Shown one piece after another: positions 9,333-18,750 of a stretch of 64,000 nt of DNA. Within the stretch, counting starts at the first letter, position 1; each line of letters opens with the position of its first letter. The notes under the pieces are model-generated. The model saw only the letters and a list, made by a program, of their open reading frames with translations. It ran no database searches and was not told where the DNA came from. The stretch is from Candidatus Pacearchaeota archaeon (GTDB lineage: Archaea > Nanobdellota > Nanobdellia > Pacearchaeales > GW2011-AR1), in assembly GCA_038869895.1 (NCBI GenBank), contig JAWCQE010000001.1, positions 121,879 to 185,878 on the forward strand, given 5' to 3'. The position numbers and the translations under genes are program-made.

Positions 9333-10091
9333 ATGGCAGTGATAGATCAAGTCCGTCAGTTGAAGAGTCAAGGGATGGGAGATTCAGAGATAATAGGAAT
9401 TTTGCAAGAACAAGGAATTTCTCCGAGGGAGATAAATGATGCACTAACACGTTCAAAAATAAAAGAGGCAGTTTATACAAATTCATTTGATGATGAATCA
9501 GAACAAGGAATGCAAGAAGGAATGGAGCCTTCAGTATTAAGTGAATATCAAGAAGCTCCTCTTGAGCCGCTTCCACAAGAAGGCCCCTATGCTCAGGAAA
9601 TTGGGTATGGTGGAAATTTAAATGCACCAATTCCCGGGCAAGCAGATTACTCACATTCTTCAGAAAAGTATCCTCAGGAATTTCAAGGTTATGGATATCC
9701 TGATGAAAATATTAGTCAATATCCTGCACAAAGTCAGGGATATTCTTCTCAAGATATGATTAGTGAGATTGCTGATCAAATGATTTCTGAAAAAACAAAA
9801 GATATTTTGAAAAAAATATCAGAACTATCTGAGATTAAAACACTTCTTTCTTCAAAAGTTGATAAAATAGACCAGAGGCTTACAAGAATAGAATCAATAA
9901 TAGACCAACTACAGGCTTCGCTTTTGAGAAATTCGACACAGCAAGAACAGACACTTTCAGACATAAAAACAGAGATGGAAATGATGCAAGAGAGTTTTTC
10001 AAAAGTACTTAATCCTTTAATTGATATTGAAAGAGAAATTGAAAGACCTAAAGTAAAGTCTAAAACTTACAAGAAACATACAAAAAAATAG
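9333..10091 (+). CDS. Hypothetical protein with an N-terminal small helical domain, a Q/E/Y/G-rich low-complexity middle and a C-terminal coiled coil
   Basis: N-terminus ...SQGMGDSEIIGILQEQGISPREINDAL resembles the N-terminus of the ORF at 62481..62870. The middle region QEFQGYGYPDENISQYPAQSQGYSSQ is likely disordered. Confidence 0.4.
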   Translation: MAVIDQVRQLKSQGMGDSEIIGILQEQGISPREINDALTRSKIKEAVYTNSFDDESEQGMQEGMEPSVLSEYQEAPLEPLPQEGPYAQEIGYGGNLNAPIPGQADYSHSSEKYPQEFQGYGYPDENISQYPAQSQGYSSQDMISEIADQMISEKTKDILKKISELSEIKTLLSSKVDKIDQRLTRIESIIDQLQASLLRNSTQQEQTLSDIKTEMEMMQESFSKVLNPLIDIEREIERPKVKSKTYKKHTKK

Positions 10092-10631
10092 TTATGGTTT
10101 TTTCCATGAAATCTCGTAATATGTCACATCCCCCTCGCTGTCAACAACTCCAATCAAGAGATTTTTATTTGTTGAATGCGCTACCCTATTCTTTGCTGAA
10201 AATTCATGCCATGTAAGTTCGTCACTTTCACTTACAGAATATAAAATCCATTTTGCATGTTCATTTTTAGGTTTTAAACCTTTGTCATAAACTCTGAAAT
10301 CAGCACCAAATTTTAAGGCAGTTTTCAATAAATATCCTTTATCTCTTAAGTCTTTGTAAGTAATATATTTTACAGAAATTTTCCTGTCAACTTTTTTACA
10401 TTTTTCCATTAATTGATTAAAATTGAGTTTTTTAGTATTTGTATAGACTTCCATTTTTTTCTTTTCAACTAAATATAGTGCTTCTGGTAATGAATAGTGG
10501 ATTTTTCCTGAAATATGTTCTCCAAAAAGCCTGTTTCCATAAAGTTCTTTTGCTTCTTTTGAACTTGAAACAATATATTCCTCACTGAAGAGTCCCCTTA
10601 TTAATTTTCTTTTAGTATTTTTTGCTGGCAT
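10092..10631 (-). CDS. endA: tRNA-splicing (tRNA-intron) endonuclease
   Basis: Catalytic-domain motifs KFGADFRVY and HAKWILYSV...NKNLLIGVVD match the archaeal EndA C-terminal domain. Confidence 0.8.
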   Translation of the reverse strand: MPAKNTKRKLIRGLFSEEYIVSSSKEAKELYGNRLFGEHISGKIHYSLPEALYLVEKKKMEVYTNTKKLNFNQLMEKCKKVDRKISVKYITYKDLRDKGYLLKTALKFGADFRVYDKGLKPKNEHAKWILYSVSESDELTWHEFSAKNRVAHSTNKNLLIGVVDSEGDVTYYEISWKKP

Positions 10632-10722
10632 AAAATTAAGAGAGAAATAAATTATTTAAATCTTAACTACATATTTACTATACTATCAAAAAATTTAAAT
10701 ACTATTAAAAGGAAACAAAATT

Positions 10723-10923
10723 ATGGGAAGGATAAAATCTATTGCAATAAAAAAAGCTGCAAAAGTCCTTATTTTGCGTGAACAGGGATTAACTCATAGT
10801 TTTGCAAAGAATAAAGAAATACTTAAAAAGTATGAATTCCCTGATAAAGGAACTAGGAATAAAATTGCCGGGTATATTTCAAGAGTAAAAAGATATGAAG
10901 AGCAGAAGAACATAAAGGGATAA
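10723..10923 (+). CDS. rps17e: 30S ribosomal protein S17e
   Basis: MGRIKSIAIKKAAKVLI... is the typical S17e N-terminus. 66 aa. Confidence 0.8.
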   Translation: MGRIKSIAIKKAAKVLILREQGLTHSFAKNKEILKKYEFPDKGTRNKIAGYISRVKRYEEQKNIKG

Positions 10924-10924
10924 C

Positions 10925-11224
10925 ATGGATAAAGAGAATAACAAAAGAAGTGAAACGAATGAAATTTTCATAGGAAACAAACCTTTTATAAAATATGTTA
11001 TTGCGACAATGATGCAATTAAAGGATAATAATTCTGCTATAATTAAAGCTCGCGGGAAATTTATCTCAAGAGGAGTTGATGTTGCAGAAGTTGTAAAAAA
11101 ACGCCTTAAGGAAACAGAATCAATTGAATTGAAAAACCAGATAAAAACAGGAACAGAGGAATTTAAAAATACTGATGGCAAACAAATTAATATTTCTACA
11201 ATAGATATAATTTTAAGCAAATAA
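10925..11224 (+). CDS. albA: DNA/RNA-binding protein Alba
   Basis: ...NEIFIGNKPFIKYVIATMMQLKDNNSAIIKARGKFISRGVDVAEVVKKRL... is an Alba-fold signature. 99 aa. Confidence 0.85.
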   Translation: MDKENNKRSETNEIFIGNKPFIKYVIATMMQLKDNNSAIIKARGKFISRGVDVAEVVKKRLKETESIELKNQIKTGTEEFKNTDGKQINISTIDIILSK

Positions 11225-11455
11225 TTATTTTTTGTTTAGAAGTTTATCCAATTTTTTATTTGTTATATCAATTCCATCTTTGATGTTTTTCAGAAGCTTG
11301 AATCTTTTTAACTCTATTAAAAAATTGACTATCCATAGGATTACGTAAATTGCAATAACCCCTCCTAAAATCTGGAGAATTCTTGTTAATGTTTTAATAC
11401 TCTCTTCAAGAGGAGGAACATTGTTTATTAATCCTTGAATTACATTCTCTTCCAT
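11225..11455 (-). CDS. Hypothetical small membrane protein
   Basis: 76 aa with one TM segment (ILGGVIAIYVILWIVNFLI). Confidence 0.3.
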   Translation of the reverse strand: MEENVIQGLINNVPPLEESIKTLTRILQILGGVIAIYVILWIVNFLIELKRFKLLKNIKDGIDITNKKLDKLLNKK

Positions 11456-11525
11456 GGTATATTCTAAATAGGAAAAGCAATTTAAATAACTTTTTAAATT
11501 ATCTAAACAAGTTATAATAGCTTAC

Positions 11526-11597
11526 GGCTGCTTAGCTTAGTGGTAAAGCGCCGCTCTCATGAGGCGGAGATCCTGGGTTCAATCCCCAGAGCAGCCA
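11526..11597 (+). tRNA. tRNA-Met (anticodon CAT); G1:C72, so elongator Met or an Ile2-type rather than initiator
   Basis: Manual fold. Acceptor GGCTGCT/AGCAGCC, D arm GCTT..AAGC, anticodon stem CCGCT/GGCGG with loop CTCATGA, T arm CTGGG-TTCAATC-CCCAG, discriminator A, no encoded CCA. Confidence 0.8.
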
Positions 11598-11652
11598 TTT
11601 TAGATAATATTTTAATGTTCTCTTTTGTTCCATAAAAATAAGTTAAAAATCA

Positions 11653-12003
11653 TTATCCAATAATTTTGATGCCATCGTTTTTCCTTCTTGGAAGAAAGTG
11701 AAAATGAGCATGCATTATTACTTGTCCTGCAATGGGAAAATTATTTTGTAAGATATTAAATCCTTCAATGTCTTTTTCTTTCAATTTTTTTTCAGCAATT
11801 ATCTTAATAGTTTCAATAATCTCGTTGCCTAAACTTGTAGGCATATCCAATGAATTTGTAAAATGTTTTTTAGAAATTATTAAAGTGTGTCCTTTTGTTT
11901 TTGGATTAGCATCAGGAAAAGCAAGGAAATTCTTATTTTCATATATAATTTCTGTTTTTATTTCCTTATTTGCAATTTTACAGAAAATACAATCTTTCTC
12001 CAT
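11653..12003 (-). CDS. HIT-family (histidine triad) nucleotide hydrolase
   Basis: C-terminal HAHFHFLPR histidine triad motif. 116 aa. Confidence 0.85.
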   Translation of the reverse strand: MEKDCIFCKIANKEIKTEIIYENKNFLAFPDANPKTKGHTLIISKKHFTNSLDMPTSLGNEIIETIKIIAEKKLKEKDIEGFNILQNNFPIAGQVIMHAHFHFLPRRKNDGIKIIG

Positions 12004-12057
12004 TTTTAATTAAAGAAAAGATTAAACTTTAAAAAAGTTGCTGTAATTAGTATTTAA

Positions 12058-12128
12058 GGGCACTTAGTTTAATGGTAAAACATTCGGCTGGCAGTCGAGT
12101 AATCCGCGTTCGATTCGCGGAGTGTCCA
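12058..12128 (+). tRNA. tRNA-Ala (anticodon GGC)
   Basis: Manual fold. Acceptor GGGCACT/AGTGTCC with the G3:U70 Ala identity pair, anticodon loop CTGGCAG, T arm CCGCG-TTCGATT-CGCGG, discriminator A. Confidence 0.8.
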
Positions 12129-12256
12129 TTTTAAATTTTATAAAAGTATGAGAATAAAGATGTAAAATTATGTAAATCTATTCGCTAGGTTAGCATTTAT
12201 GACAAGTCACTTTTTTTAACAAGGATATTTTTAAACCTATTTGATATATTTATATT

Positions 12257-12487
12257 ATGAGAACTCATTCATTAAATTCTATTTTGATTGTTCTTGGAAT
12301 TTTCTTATCTATTTTTATTCTTGCTTCTCTGACTAATTTTTCTCCCCCAAACAAAAAAGATGTAAGGTTAAGTGAAGATGATAGAGGAACTACAACTTAT
12401 GAGGCAACTGCCACAGGAATGACTTTAATCTCTTCATTGCAATCTTCAGCATCATCTAGTGGTGATAGTCAAATCAACCAGTTATAG
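12257..12487 (+). CDS. Hypothetical small membrane or secreted protein
   Basis: N-terminal hydrophobic segment ILIVLGIFLSIFILASL and a Ser/Thr-rich tail. Confidence 0.3.
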   Translation: MRTHSLNSILIVLGIFLSIFILASLTNFSPPNKKDVRLSEDDRGTTTYEATATGMTLISSLQSSASSSGDSQINQL

Positions 12488-12537
12488 ATTCTCCTAAGAG
12501 TGGTGATTTATGTTGTGGTGAAAGAAAACCTAAGGAA

Positions 12538-12834
12538 GTGTGGTGTGAGGACAATATATTTCACATATGTAAATCTGATTGTTTGATAGCAAAGGTAAAT
12601 TGTAGTGAATATGGAAAAATCTGCGGGATTAGTCCTCTTGATAAGGAATTATATGGTTCAGAAGAAATAAAATGCTGCTCTCCATGTCCTTATCCGGAAG
12701 GAACCAAAGTGTGTTCTTATGATAAAACTAAAATTTATGAGTGTGTTAAAGATTATCAATTAAAGCTAGCGGAAACTTGTCCTGATGGAAAAATATGTTT
12801 TGTTGATATAAATAATAATGCAGTTTGTATTTAA
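12538..12834 (+). CDS. Small cysteine-rich protein (12 Cys in 98 aa); the start is uncertain (GTG)
   Basis: Regularly spaced Cys (CKSDC...NCSEYGKICG...CCSPCPYPEGTKVC...). The frame is open from 12499 and no ATG is present. Confidence 0.35.
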   Translation: MWCEDNIFHICKSDCLIAKVNCSEYGKICGISPLDKELYGSEEIKCCSPCPYPEGTKVCSYDKTKIYECVKDYQLKLAETCPDGKICFVDINNNAVCI

Positions 12835-12918
12835 AGCCTTATTTTCTTATCAATCATATCTAAATAAAAACCCTTATAAAGCAGAATTCTTTTAATTATG
12901 TGTTAACATATTATTAGG

Positions 12919-12972
12919 AATATGTAAAATAATATGTTAAATAATATGTAAAATAATATGTTAAATAATATG
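12919..12972. repeat. Tandem 12-nt repeat AATATGTWAAAT in 4.5 copies, overlapping the start of the HTH gene
   Basis: Read directly from the sequence: aatatgtaaaat aatatgttaaat aatatgtaaaat aatatgttaaat aatatgaat. Confidence 0.8.
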
Positions 12973-13155
12973 AATATTAATAATAAAGAGATATTAGATT
13001 TTGTAAAAAGTAAAAAGATAGTTACAAGTTCAGAAGTTGCGAAAAAATTTAATATTTCATGGAATACTGCAGATAAATATCTTCTTGAACTCGCATTTAA
13101 TGATAAAATCGAAAGAATTAAAAAAGAAGGGGTGAATTTATGGATTTTAAAATAA
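12958..13155 (+). CDS. Small winged-helix/HTH DNA-binding protein (putative transcriptional regulator)
   Basis: 65 aa: ...SSEVAKKFNISWNTADKYLLELAFNDKIERIKKEGVNLWILK is an HTH pattern. The start lies inside a 12-mer tandem repeat, and the alternative ATG at 12970 is in frame. Confidence 0.45.
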   Translation: MLNNMNINNKEILDFVKSKKIVTSSEVAKKFNISWNTADKYLLELAFNDKIERIKKEGVNLWILK

Positions 13156-13970
13156 AAAGTCAGATAAGTAAAAAATCAGCTTGCAAGAAAGGACAGGTGA
13201 CAATTTTTGTTATTATCTCTCTTCTTCTTGTTGTTGCAATAATCCTATTATTTATCCTTTACAAAAATCAGCAGATTCCTGGAGTAAGAGTCGAAAAAAC
13301 TTCTGGCGAGGAACTCGAGTCTTGTATTAAATCTTATCTTGAAGAAGCAGTCGATTTAATTTTTGAAAATTCTGGGTATATTGAACTGCCGGAATTAACT
13401 TATCAAATAAGAAATATTTATGGATATTACAAACAAGAAAATGAAAAGAAAATCCCTTATTTGTGTTATACTGCAATTAATTATGTAAGATGCATTCCGC
13501 AAGAGCCTTTTTTTGTAAACCATATAGAAGATGAAATAAAAAATTTCATAATTCCAAAAGTTGAGATATGTTTTGAGAATTTAAGGAATAGATTGCAAGA
13601 AAGAAATTATGAAACAATGTTTGGTATAACAAAAAATTTAGATGTTGAATTAAATGAAAGAGGAGTCCAAATTTATATTGAAAAAGAAATTTCGCAAACA
13701 AAAGCAGAGAAAGAAGAACGTTTTAGCGAATTTAAGTCTAATTATAAGACAAGATTGTATGATGTAGCAAAAATATCTGAAAAAATTATCACAGAGGAGG
13801 TTAAATTTTGCAATTCTGATTATGTTGAAGTGATGAGAAATAATAAATTAATTGAAATAACAAAATTTCAGACAGGAGATGATGTTAAAGTTTATTCTGT
13901 TAAGGATTTACCTTCAAAGAAAGAATTTAAATTTGCTGTAAGGAACTGTGTCCTTGCAACTCCATCTTAA
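13140..13970 (+). CDS. Class III signal peptide (pilin-like) protein, cassette copy 1 partner; paralog of 17934..18734
   Basis: N-terminus ...KKSACKKG|QVTIFVIISLLLVVAIILLFIL. The C-terminus FKFAVRNCVLATPS matches FNFAVRSLALPIGYGL in the paralog. Confidence 0.6.
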   Translation: MDFKIKSQISKKSACKKGQVTIFVIISLLLVVAIILLFILYKNQQIPGVRVEKTSGEELESCIKSYLEEAVDLIFENSGYIELPELTYQIRNIYGYYKQENEKKIPYLCYTAINYVRCIPQEPFFVNHIEDEIKNFIIPKVEICFENLRNRLQERNYETMFGITKNLDVELNERGVQIYIEKEISQTKAEKEERFSEFKSNYKTRLYDVAKISEKIITEEVKFCNSDYVEVMRNNKLIEITKFQTGDDVKVYSVKDLPSKKEFKFAVRNCVLATPS

Positions 13971-13971
13971 A

Positions 13972-16900
13972 ATGAATAAAAAGTTTATCGCAGGAATTGA
14001 AATTTTTCTTGTCATAAGCATGGCTGTTTCATTTTCATGGATTCTAGGAAATATTTATGGGACTTCTCCAGATATAAAAAGTTTATTAGAATTTATAACA
14101 ATAATTCCAAGTGTTTCTGCCCAAACAACTACATCATGTTGTCTTAATTTGAAAAGCGGAGCCAGTTGTACTGACATTCCATCTGATTCATGTTCTGATA
14201 TTTGTGATGGAAATTGTGTTTCAGGGACAACATGTTCTCAACTAAGGGAATGCAATCTTGGATGTGGATTTAATTCTGATGAAGGAACATGCACTCCAAA
14301 TACTCCAAGGGTACTATGTGAAGGAGATGAGGGCTGTGAATTTCTTGATGACCCTTTTTGCAACAATCAAAAATGTGAAATTGGATGTTGTGTTCTTGGA
14401 TTGAGTGCGAATTTGGAGACGAGAACTGGATGTGAAATACAATCTTTAAGAAGAGGAGTATCATTTGAATTTGACAGTTCAATAAAAGATGGCGTTCAAT
14501 GTTTGAATAAGGGTAAAACAAGTGAGGGAGCTTGTGTTGTAAATTTTGGAGAAGAAAAAAATAACTGCATTTTTACAACACAAAGTGAGTGTGTCAACAA
14601 TATAAAAGGAGTTTTTTATGAAGGCTATCTTTGTTCTCATCCAGAACTTAAAACAATATGTGTGAAGCAGTCAAGAGTAAGTTGTTTTGACAATAGGGAT
14701 GAGGTATATTGGTATGATTCATGTGGGAATAGAGAAAATATTTATTCATCAAATAGGGCAAGTTCATGGAATAATGGATTCGTCTTATCGAAAGAGAAAT
14801 CATGCAATCCTAATTCTTCAAATGAAAATTCAGGAAGCTGTGGAAATTGTAATTATAATCTTGGAAGTATATGCGGAGAGTTTAGGCCTGGAGTTGATTC
14901 TGGAAATATGGAAGGTTATACTTGTAGAAATTTAAACTGCATTGATTCAAAAGGAAAACAAAGAACAAACGGAGAATCATGGTGTGTTTATGATGGAACT
15001 ATAGGCGGAGGAAGTATACTTGAAGGGAAGAGTGGGGGATTATTATCAAAAATAGCTGGAGGATTATTGGAGGGAGAGGTTGCATTATTAAGCACTGATT
15101 TAGTAGGGAGCAGACATTTTAGGCAGGTATGTGTTAATGGAAAAGTAGAGGTAGAACCATGCGCTGATTATAGGAAGGAGATATGTGTCCAGAATGATAA
15201 ATCCCTTGATAATGGAAGAAAGATTGATAATGCAATATGTAGGATGAATTTATGGGAACAATGTATTTCATACAATCAAGGAAATGAGGGATGTGGGCCA
15301 GGATGTTTAACCAAATGTGTGAAAAATCCAGATTGTAGGATTCATCCTGTTTTTGTTGACTCTCGTTTTAAATTTAATGCTTGTGTCCCAAAATATCCTC
15401 CTGGATTTGATTTAGGAAGTACAAGCGGAGTAGATAGTTTTGTAAGAAATTATGTATCAAGTTCTATTAGTGATTTGGATGGAGGTGGGGTTCTTTCAAA
15501 ATTATCAGGAAGTTTAAGTTCTGAGAATTCTGCAGGAAGCATTTGTTCTTTAGCATCGCAAAAATGCACTAGTATATGGACTAAGACATGCGGACTATCA
15601 GGAATTCATTGGGAATGCACGAAAAACTGCAAATGCCATACTGAATCTTTTACAATTCAGATGAATAATCTTTGTGTTTCTCTTGGAGATTGTGGAGTTT
15701 ATGCAAATTATGAAGGAAAGGTTACTCCTGGTGGAGCTTATGTAACAAAGAAAGGAGGACATGGAAGGACCCCTCTACAACCATTTATTTTGATTCCAGT
15801 TTATGCTGTTTTAGTTAAAATATTAAAACCAACTCCTCCAAGTGGTGGATTTTTTCGAGATGAGAAAGACATAGTGAATTTTCCAACTGAAATTATTGAT
15901 CCATTCTTAGGAGGGTATAATAGAATAGATGTAGGGAAACTGCCAAGTCAGTTGGATAATATGCTTGGAAGCCAGTTAGGAACAACTATCGGAGCAGGAG
16001 TTGCTGGAGGACTTGTAGGAGGGGTAGTTGCAGGACTAGGAGGAGTTACAGCTGCAGGTCTTGGAGTTATTGGGGCTGCTACACAAGGAATATTATGGGC
16101 ACCAATTATTTTTCCAACAGGGGGGGTGGGTATGTTACAAATACCAGTTACTTTTTATGCTCCCACTAACAATATCCTTTCAACTGTATTTCACGGACAT
16201 TATTTAGGTAAACCATTTTTCGGATTTGATCCTTTATCAATTGCAATTGGAATCGCAGTTGGAATCGCGATTACTTATCTTATTGGATGTGGAAAAGTTA
16301 AGACAGTTGATATCAAATTTCAGTGTTTACCTTGGCAAAGGCCAAAAGGCGGGACTGATTGTGAGAAATGTGATGATGACCCTTTGAAACCATGTTCAAG
16401 GTATAGGTGTGAATCTCTTGGAGCAAGATGCACTTTGATAAATGAAGGAAAAGGAGATGTATGCGTAAGTGTTTCTGGGGAAAGTTCTATACCAGTAATT
16501 AGTCCATGGGAAGAGATACTCAATACCTCTTTTTATAGGTATGAAGACATAAGTCCTAATGGATTTAAAATAAGAACAAAAGATGGACAGTGTATACAGG
16601 CATTTACTTATTTAGTTTTTGGAGTTGAAACAGATGTTTATTCGGAGTGTTTCTGGAGTTTAGAACCATTTGCATATGAAAATAAATCAGAGGCAAATTT
16701 ATTTTTAGAAGGAAATCTTTTAACTAAAAATCATACAATGCTAACTTTATTGCCAAGTGTTGAAAGTTTATTGGCTAATGAAATTAATAACCAAGAAGAA
16801 TTGGGACAGGCATTGGAAACAACAACAGAACAGGACATCAGCGCCAGGCAATACATATTAAATCGATTAGGAGATTTAAATATCTATGTAAAATGCGCAA

Positions 16901-17898
16901 ACCTTGATGGAAAAGCCAACGACCAGGATTATAAAATAAACTTCTGTGTGTCTCCTGGGCCAGATATACAAGAACCGGTAATAATTGCGTCTTCTCCTCC
17001 GCAGAACAACTTCACAAAATTTGATGCAACAGAACAAGAAGCTTTCTTTTTTATTTCAGAACCAGCTGAATGTAGATGGGATAGTACGAGGCAAGTTATA
17101 TCAAATGAATTAGAATCATATAATTCATTGAGAAATGAAATGGAATGTAGTGTTGATTTAGATGAAAGTACAATACTTGGATGGCCGTGCAATGCAACTC
17201 TTCCAATAACAGGCGAGGAAAATAGATTTTTTATTCAATGTCGAGACCAGCCGTGGCTTGGAAATAATAACTCAAGAAACATAGGAGACATTTTTGAATA
17301 TTCGTTAAAAAGAAGTAATTCTGAATTAAAAATAACTTCTATTAAACCTAATGAAAAAGTCTTTGCAGGAAGTGAACCTATTATGATTGAATTGGAAGTT
17401 GAGACATCAGGAGGAGTTGAAAATGGAAACGCTTTCTGCAAATATAGTTTTGACAATAATCAATTTGTAAATTTCAGAATTACAGGCGAGAAAGTTCATA
17501 GCCAAATTCTAAATCAGATGAGAAAAGGAGATTATAAAGTTTATATTCAGTGTAATGATTTTGCAGGAAATGTTGCAGAAGGCATTGGGGAGTTCTCATT
17601 AGAACTTGATACTAAAGCCCCTGTTATAACAAGAGTTTTTAGTAATGCTAACACTTTATTCATTACAACAGATGAAGAGGCAAAGTGTTTTTATAAGAAT
17701 GAATCTGATGTAGGATGTAATTTTCCGTTAAATAATGTTACTGAATTTAATATTACTGAATTTACAAAGAATGGAAATATTCACTCAACTCCTTTAATAA
17801 AAGGAAAGAGTTACTATATAAAATGCGAAGATATTTGGAGCAATAGAGCTGAGAGTTGTTCTATTGTTGTAAGGAGTTTTGAAAATTTTGCAAGTTAA
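13972..17898 (+). CDS. Giant cysteine-rich secreted or surface protein (cassette copy 1, fused form, ~1308 aa)
   Basis: N-terminal hydrophobic signal ending SVSA|QTTTSCC. More than 90 Cys in repeated CxxC and CxC patterns. A central Gly-zipper TM-like segment (GAGVAGGLVGGVVAGLGGVTAAGLGVIG). The C-terminal half is homologous to ORF 20608..22692 and the N-terminal half to ORF 18751..20607. The ORF track begins at 13948, but the ATG at 13972 directly follows the upstream stop. Confidence 0.7.
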   Translation: MNKKFIAGIEIFLVISMAVSFSWILGNIYGTSPDIKSLLEFITIIPSVSAQTTTSCCLNLKSGASCTDIPSDSCSDICDGNCVSGTTCSQLRECNLGCGFNSDEGTCTPNTPRVLCEGDEGCEFLDDPFCNNQKCEIGCCVLGLSANLETRTGCEIQSLRRGVSFEFDSSIKDGVQCLNKGKTSEGACVVNFGEEKNNCIFTTQSECVNNIKGVFYEGYLCSHPELKTICVKQSRVSCFDNRDEVYWYDSCGNRENIYSSNRASSWNNGFVLSKEKSCNPNSSNENSGSCGNCNYNLGSICGEFRPGVDSGNMEGYTCRNLNCIDSKGKQRTNGESWCVYDGTIGGGSILEGKSGGLLSKIAGGLLEGEVALLSTDLVGSRHFRQVCVNGKVEVEPCADYRKEICVQNDKSLDNGRKIDNAICRMNLWEQCISYNQGNEGCGPGCLTKCVKNPDCRIHPVFVDSRFKFNACVPKYPPGFDLGSTSGVDSFVRNYVSSSISDLDGGGVLSKLSGSLSSENSAGSICSLASQKCTSIWTKTCGLSGIHWECTKNCKCHTESFTIQMNNLCVSLGDCGVYANYEGKVTPGGAYVTKKGGHGRTPLQPFILIPVYAVLVKILKPTPPSGGFFRDEKDIVNFPTEIIDPFLGGYNRIDVGKLPSQLDNMLGSQLGTTIGAGVAGGLVGGVVAGLGGVTAAGLGVIGAATQGILWAPIIFPTGGVGMLQIPVTFYAPTNNILSTVFHGHYLGKPFFGFDPLSIAIGIAVGIAITYLIGCGKVKTVDIKFQCLPWQRPKGGTDCEKCDDDPLKPCSRYRCESLGARCTLINEGKGDVCVSVSGESSIPVISPWEEILNTSFYRYEDISPNGFKIRTKDGQCIQAFTYLVFGVETDVYSECFWSLEPFAYENKSEANLFLEGNLLTKNHTMLTLLPSVESLLANEINNQEELGQALETTTEQDISARQYILNRLGDLNIYVKCANLDGKANDQDYKINFCVSPGPDIQEPVIIASSPPQNNFTKFDATEQEAFFFISEPAECRWDSTRQVISNELESYNSLRNEMECSVDLDESTILGWPCNATLPITGEENRFFIQCRDQPWLGNNNSRNIGDIFEYSLKRSNSELKITSIKPNEKVFAGSEPIMIELEVETSGGVENGNAFCKYSFDNNQFVNFRITGEKVHSQILNQMRKGDYKVYIQCNDFAGNVAEGIGEFSLELDTKAPVITRVFSNANTLFITTDEEAKCFYKNESDVGCNFPLNNVTEFNITEFTKNGNIHSTPLIKGKSYYIKCEDIWSNRAESCSIVVRSFENFAS

Positions 17899-17933
17899 AT
17901 TTATAAAGAAATTTGTTTTTAGAAGGTAATAGA

Positions 17934-18734
17934 ATGATTAAATCAAAAAACAAAAGAGGACAGACAACAATCTTTGTTATCTTAGCAGTAGTTATTGTTG
18001 CAGTCATAGTGATTTTTTTTGCAGTTACGGATATAGGGAGAGAAACTTTTGAAAAAATCTCTAATATTGTTGGCAGTGATGAGATTAATGTTAAAGAAGA
18101 ATTGAATAAATGTTTTATTGATAACAGCGAAATCAATAAAAAAATAAATCTAATTATGTCACAGGGAGGAAGTATTGAACCTTCTTTATTTTTTCTTCAT
18201 AATGGAACGAAATTAAGTTATTTATGTTATACTAATGAATTTTATAAGACATGTGTAAATCAGCAGCCTTTAATATTACAACATACAAAGAATGAGATAA
18301 ATAGGGCAATTCTTCCAGAAATAGATAAATGTATTTCTTCATTAAAAGCCAATTTTGAAAAAAGAGGATATCAAATAAGAGGACAGAATTTCGAGAGTTC
18401 AATAGATATAATTCACAACAACATAATTATTAAAATAAATTTCCCTCTAACTATCAAAAAGGGGGATTTAACACAGACATTTGAAAATTTTGAAATAAAA
18501 AAACATAGCCAGTATTATCAATTATTAAGTGTTGCAACATCAATTGTAAATTTTGAATCCCAATATGGCGATAGTGATCCAGTTTTATATATGTCTCTTT
18601 ATCCGAATACAAGAGTTGAAAAATTAAAACAAGGAGATGGGACAACAATTTATAAGATTAGTGATAGGGAAACAATGGAAACTTTTAACTTTGCTGTAAG
18701 AAGTTTGGCTTTGCCTATAGGATATGGATTATAA
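17934..18734 (+). CDS. Class III signal peptide (pilin-like) protein, cassette copy 2 partner
   Basis: N-terminus MIKSKNKRG|QTTIFVILAVVIVAVIVIFF. Paralog of 13140..13970 with a shared C-terminal FxFAVR motif. Confidence 0.6.
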   Translation: MIKSKNKRGQTTIFVILAVVIVAVIVIFFAVTDIGRETFEKISNIVGSDEINVKEELNKCFIDNSEINKKINLIMSQGGSIEPSLFFLHNGTKLSYLCYTNEFYKTCVNQQPLILQHTKNEINRAILPEIDKCISSLKANFEKRGYQIRGQNFESSIDIIHNNIIIKINFPLTIKKGDLTQTFENFEIKKHSQYYQLLSVATSIVNFESQYGDSDPVLYMSLYPNTRVEKLKQGDGTTIYKISDRETMETFNFAVRSLALPIGYGL

Positions 18735-18750
18735 ATTCAAATAGTTAAAA

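Noticed and set aside
14270-17456. Multiple short minus-strand and plus-strand ORFs inside the giant gene
   Set aside because: They are nested within a long, strongly supported ORF and have no independent signals.
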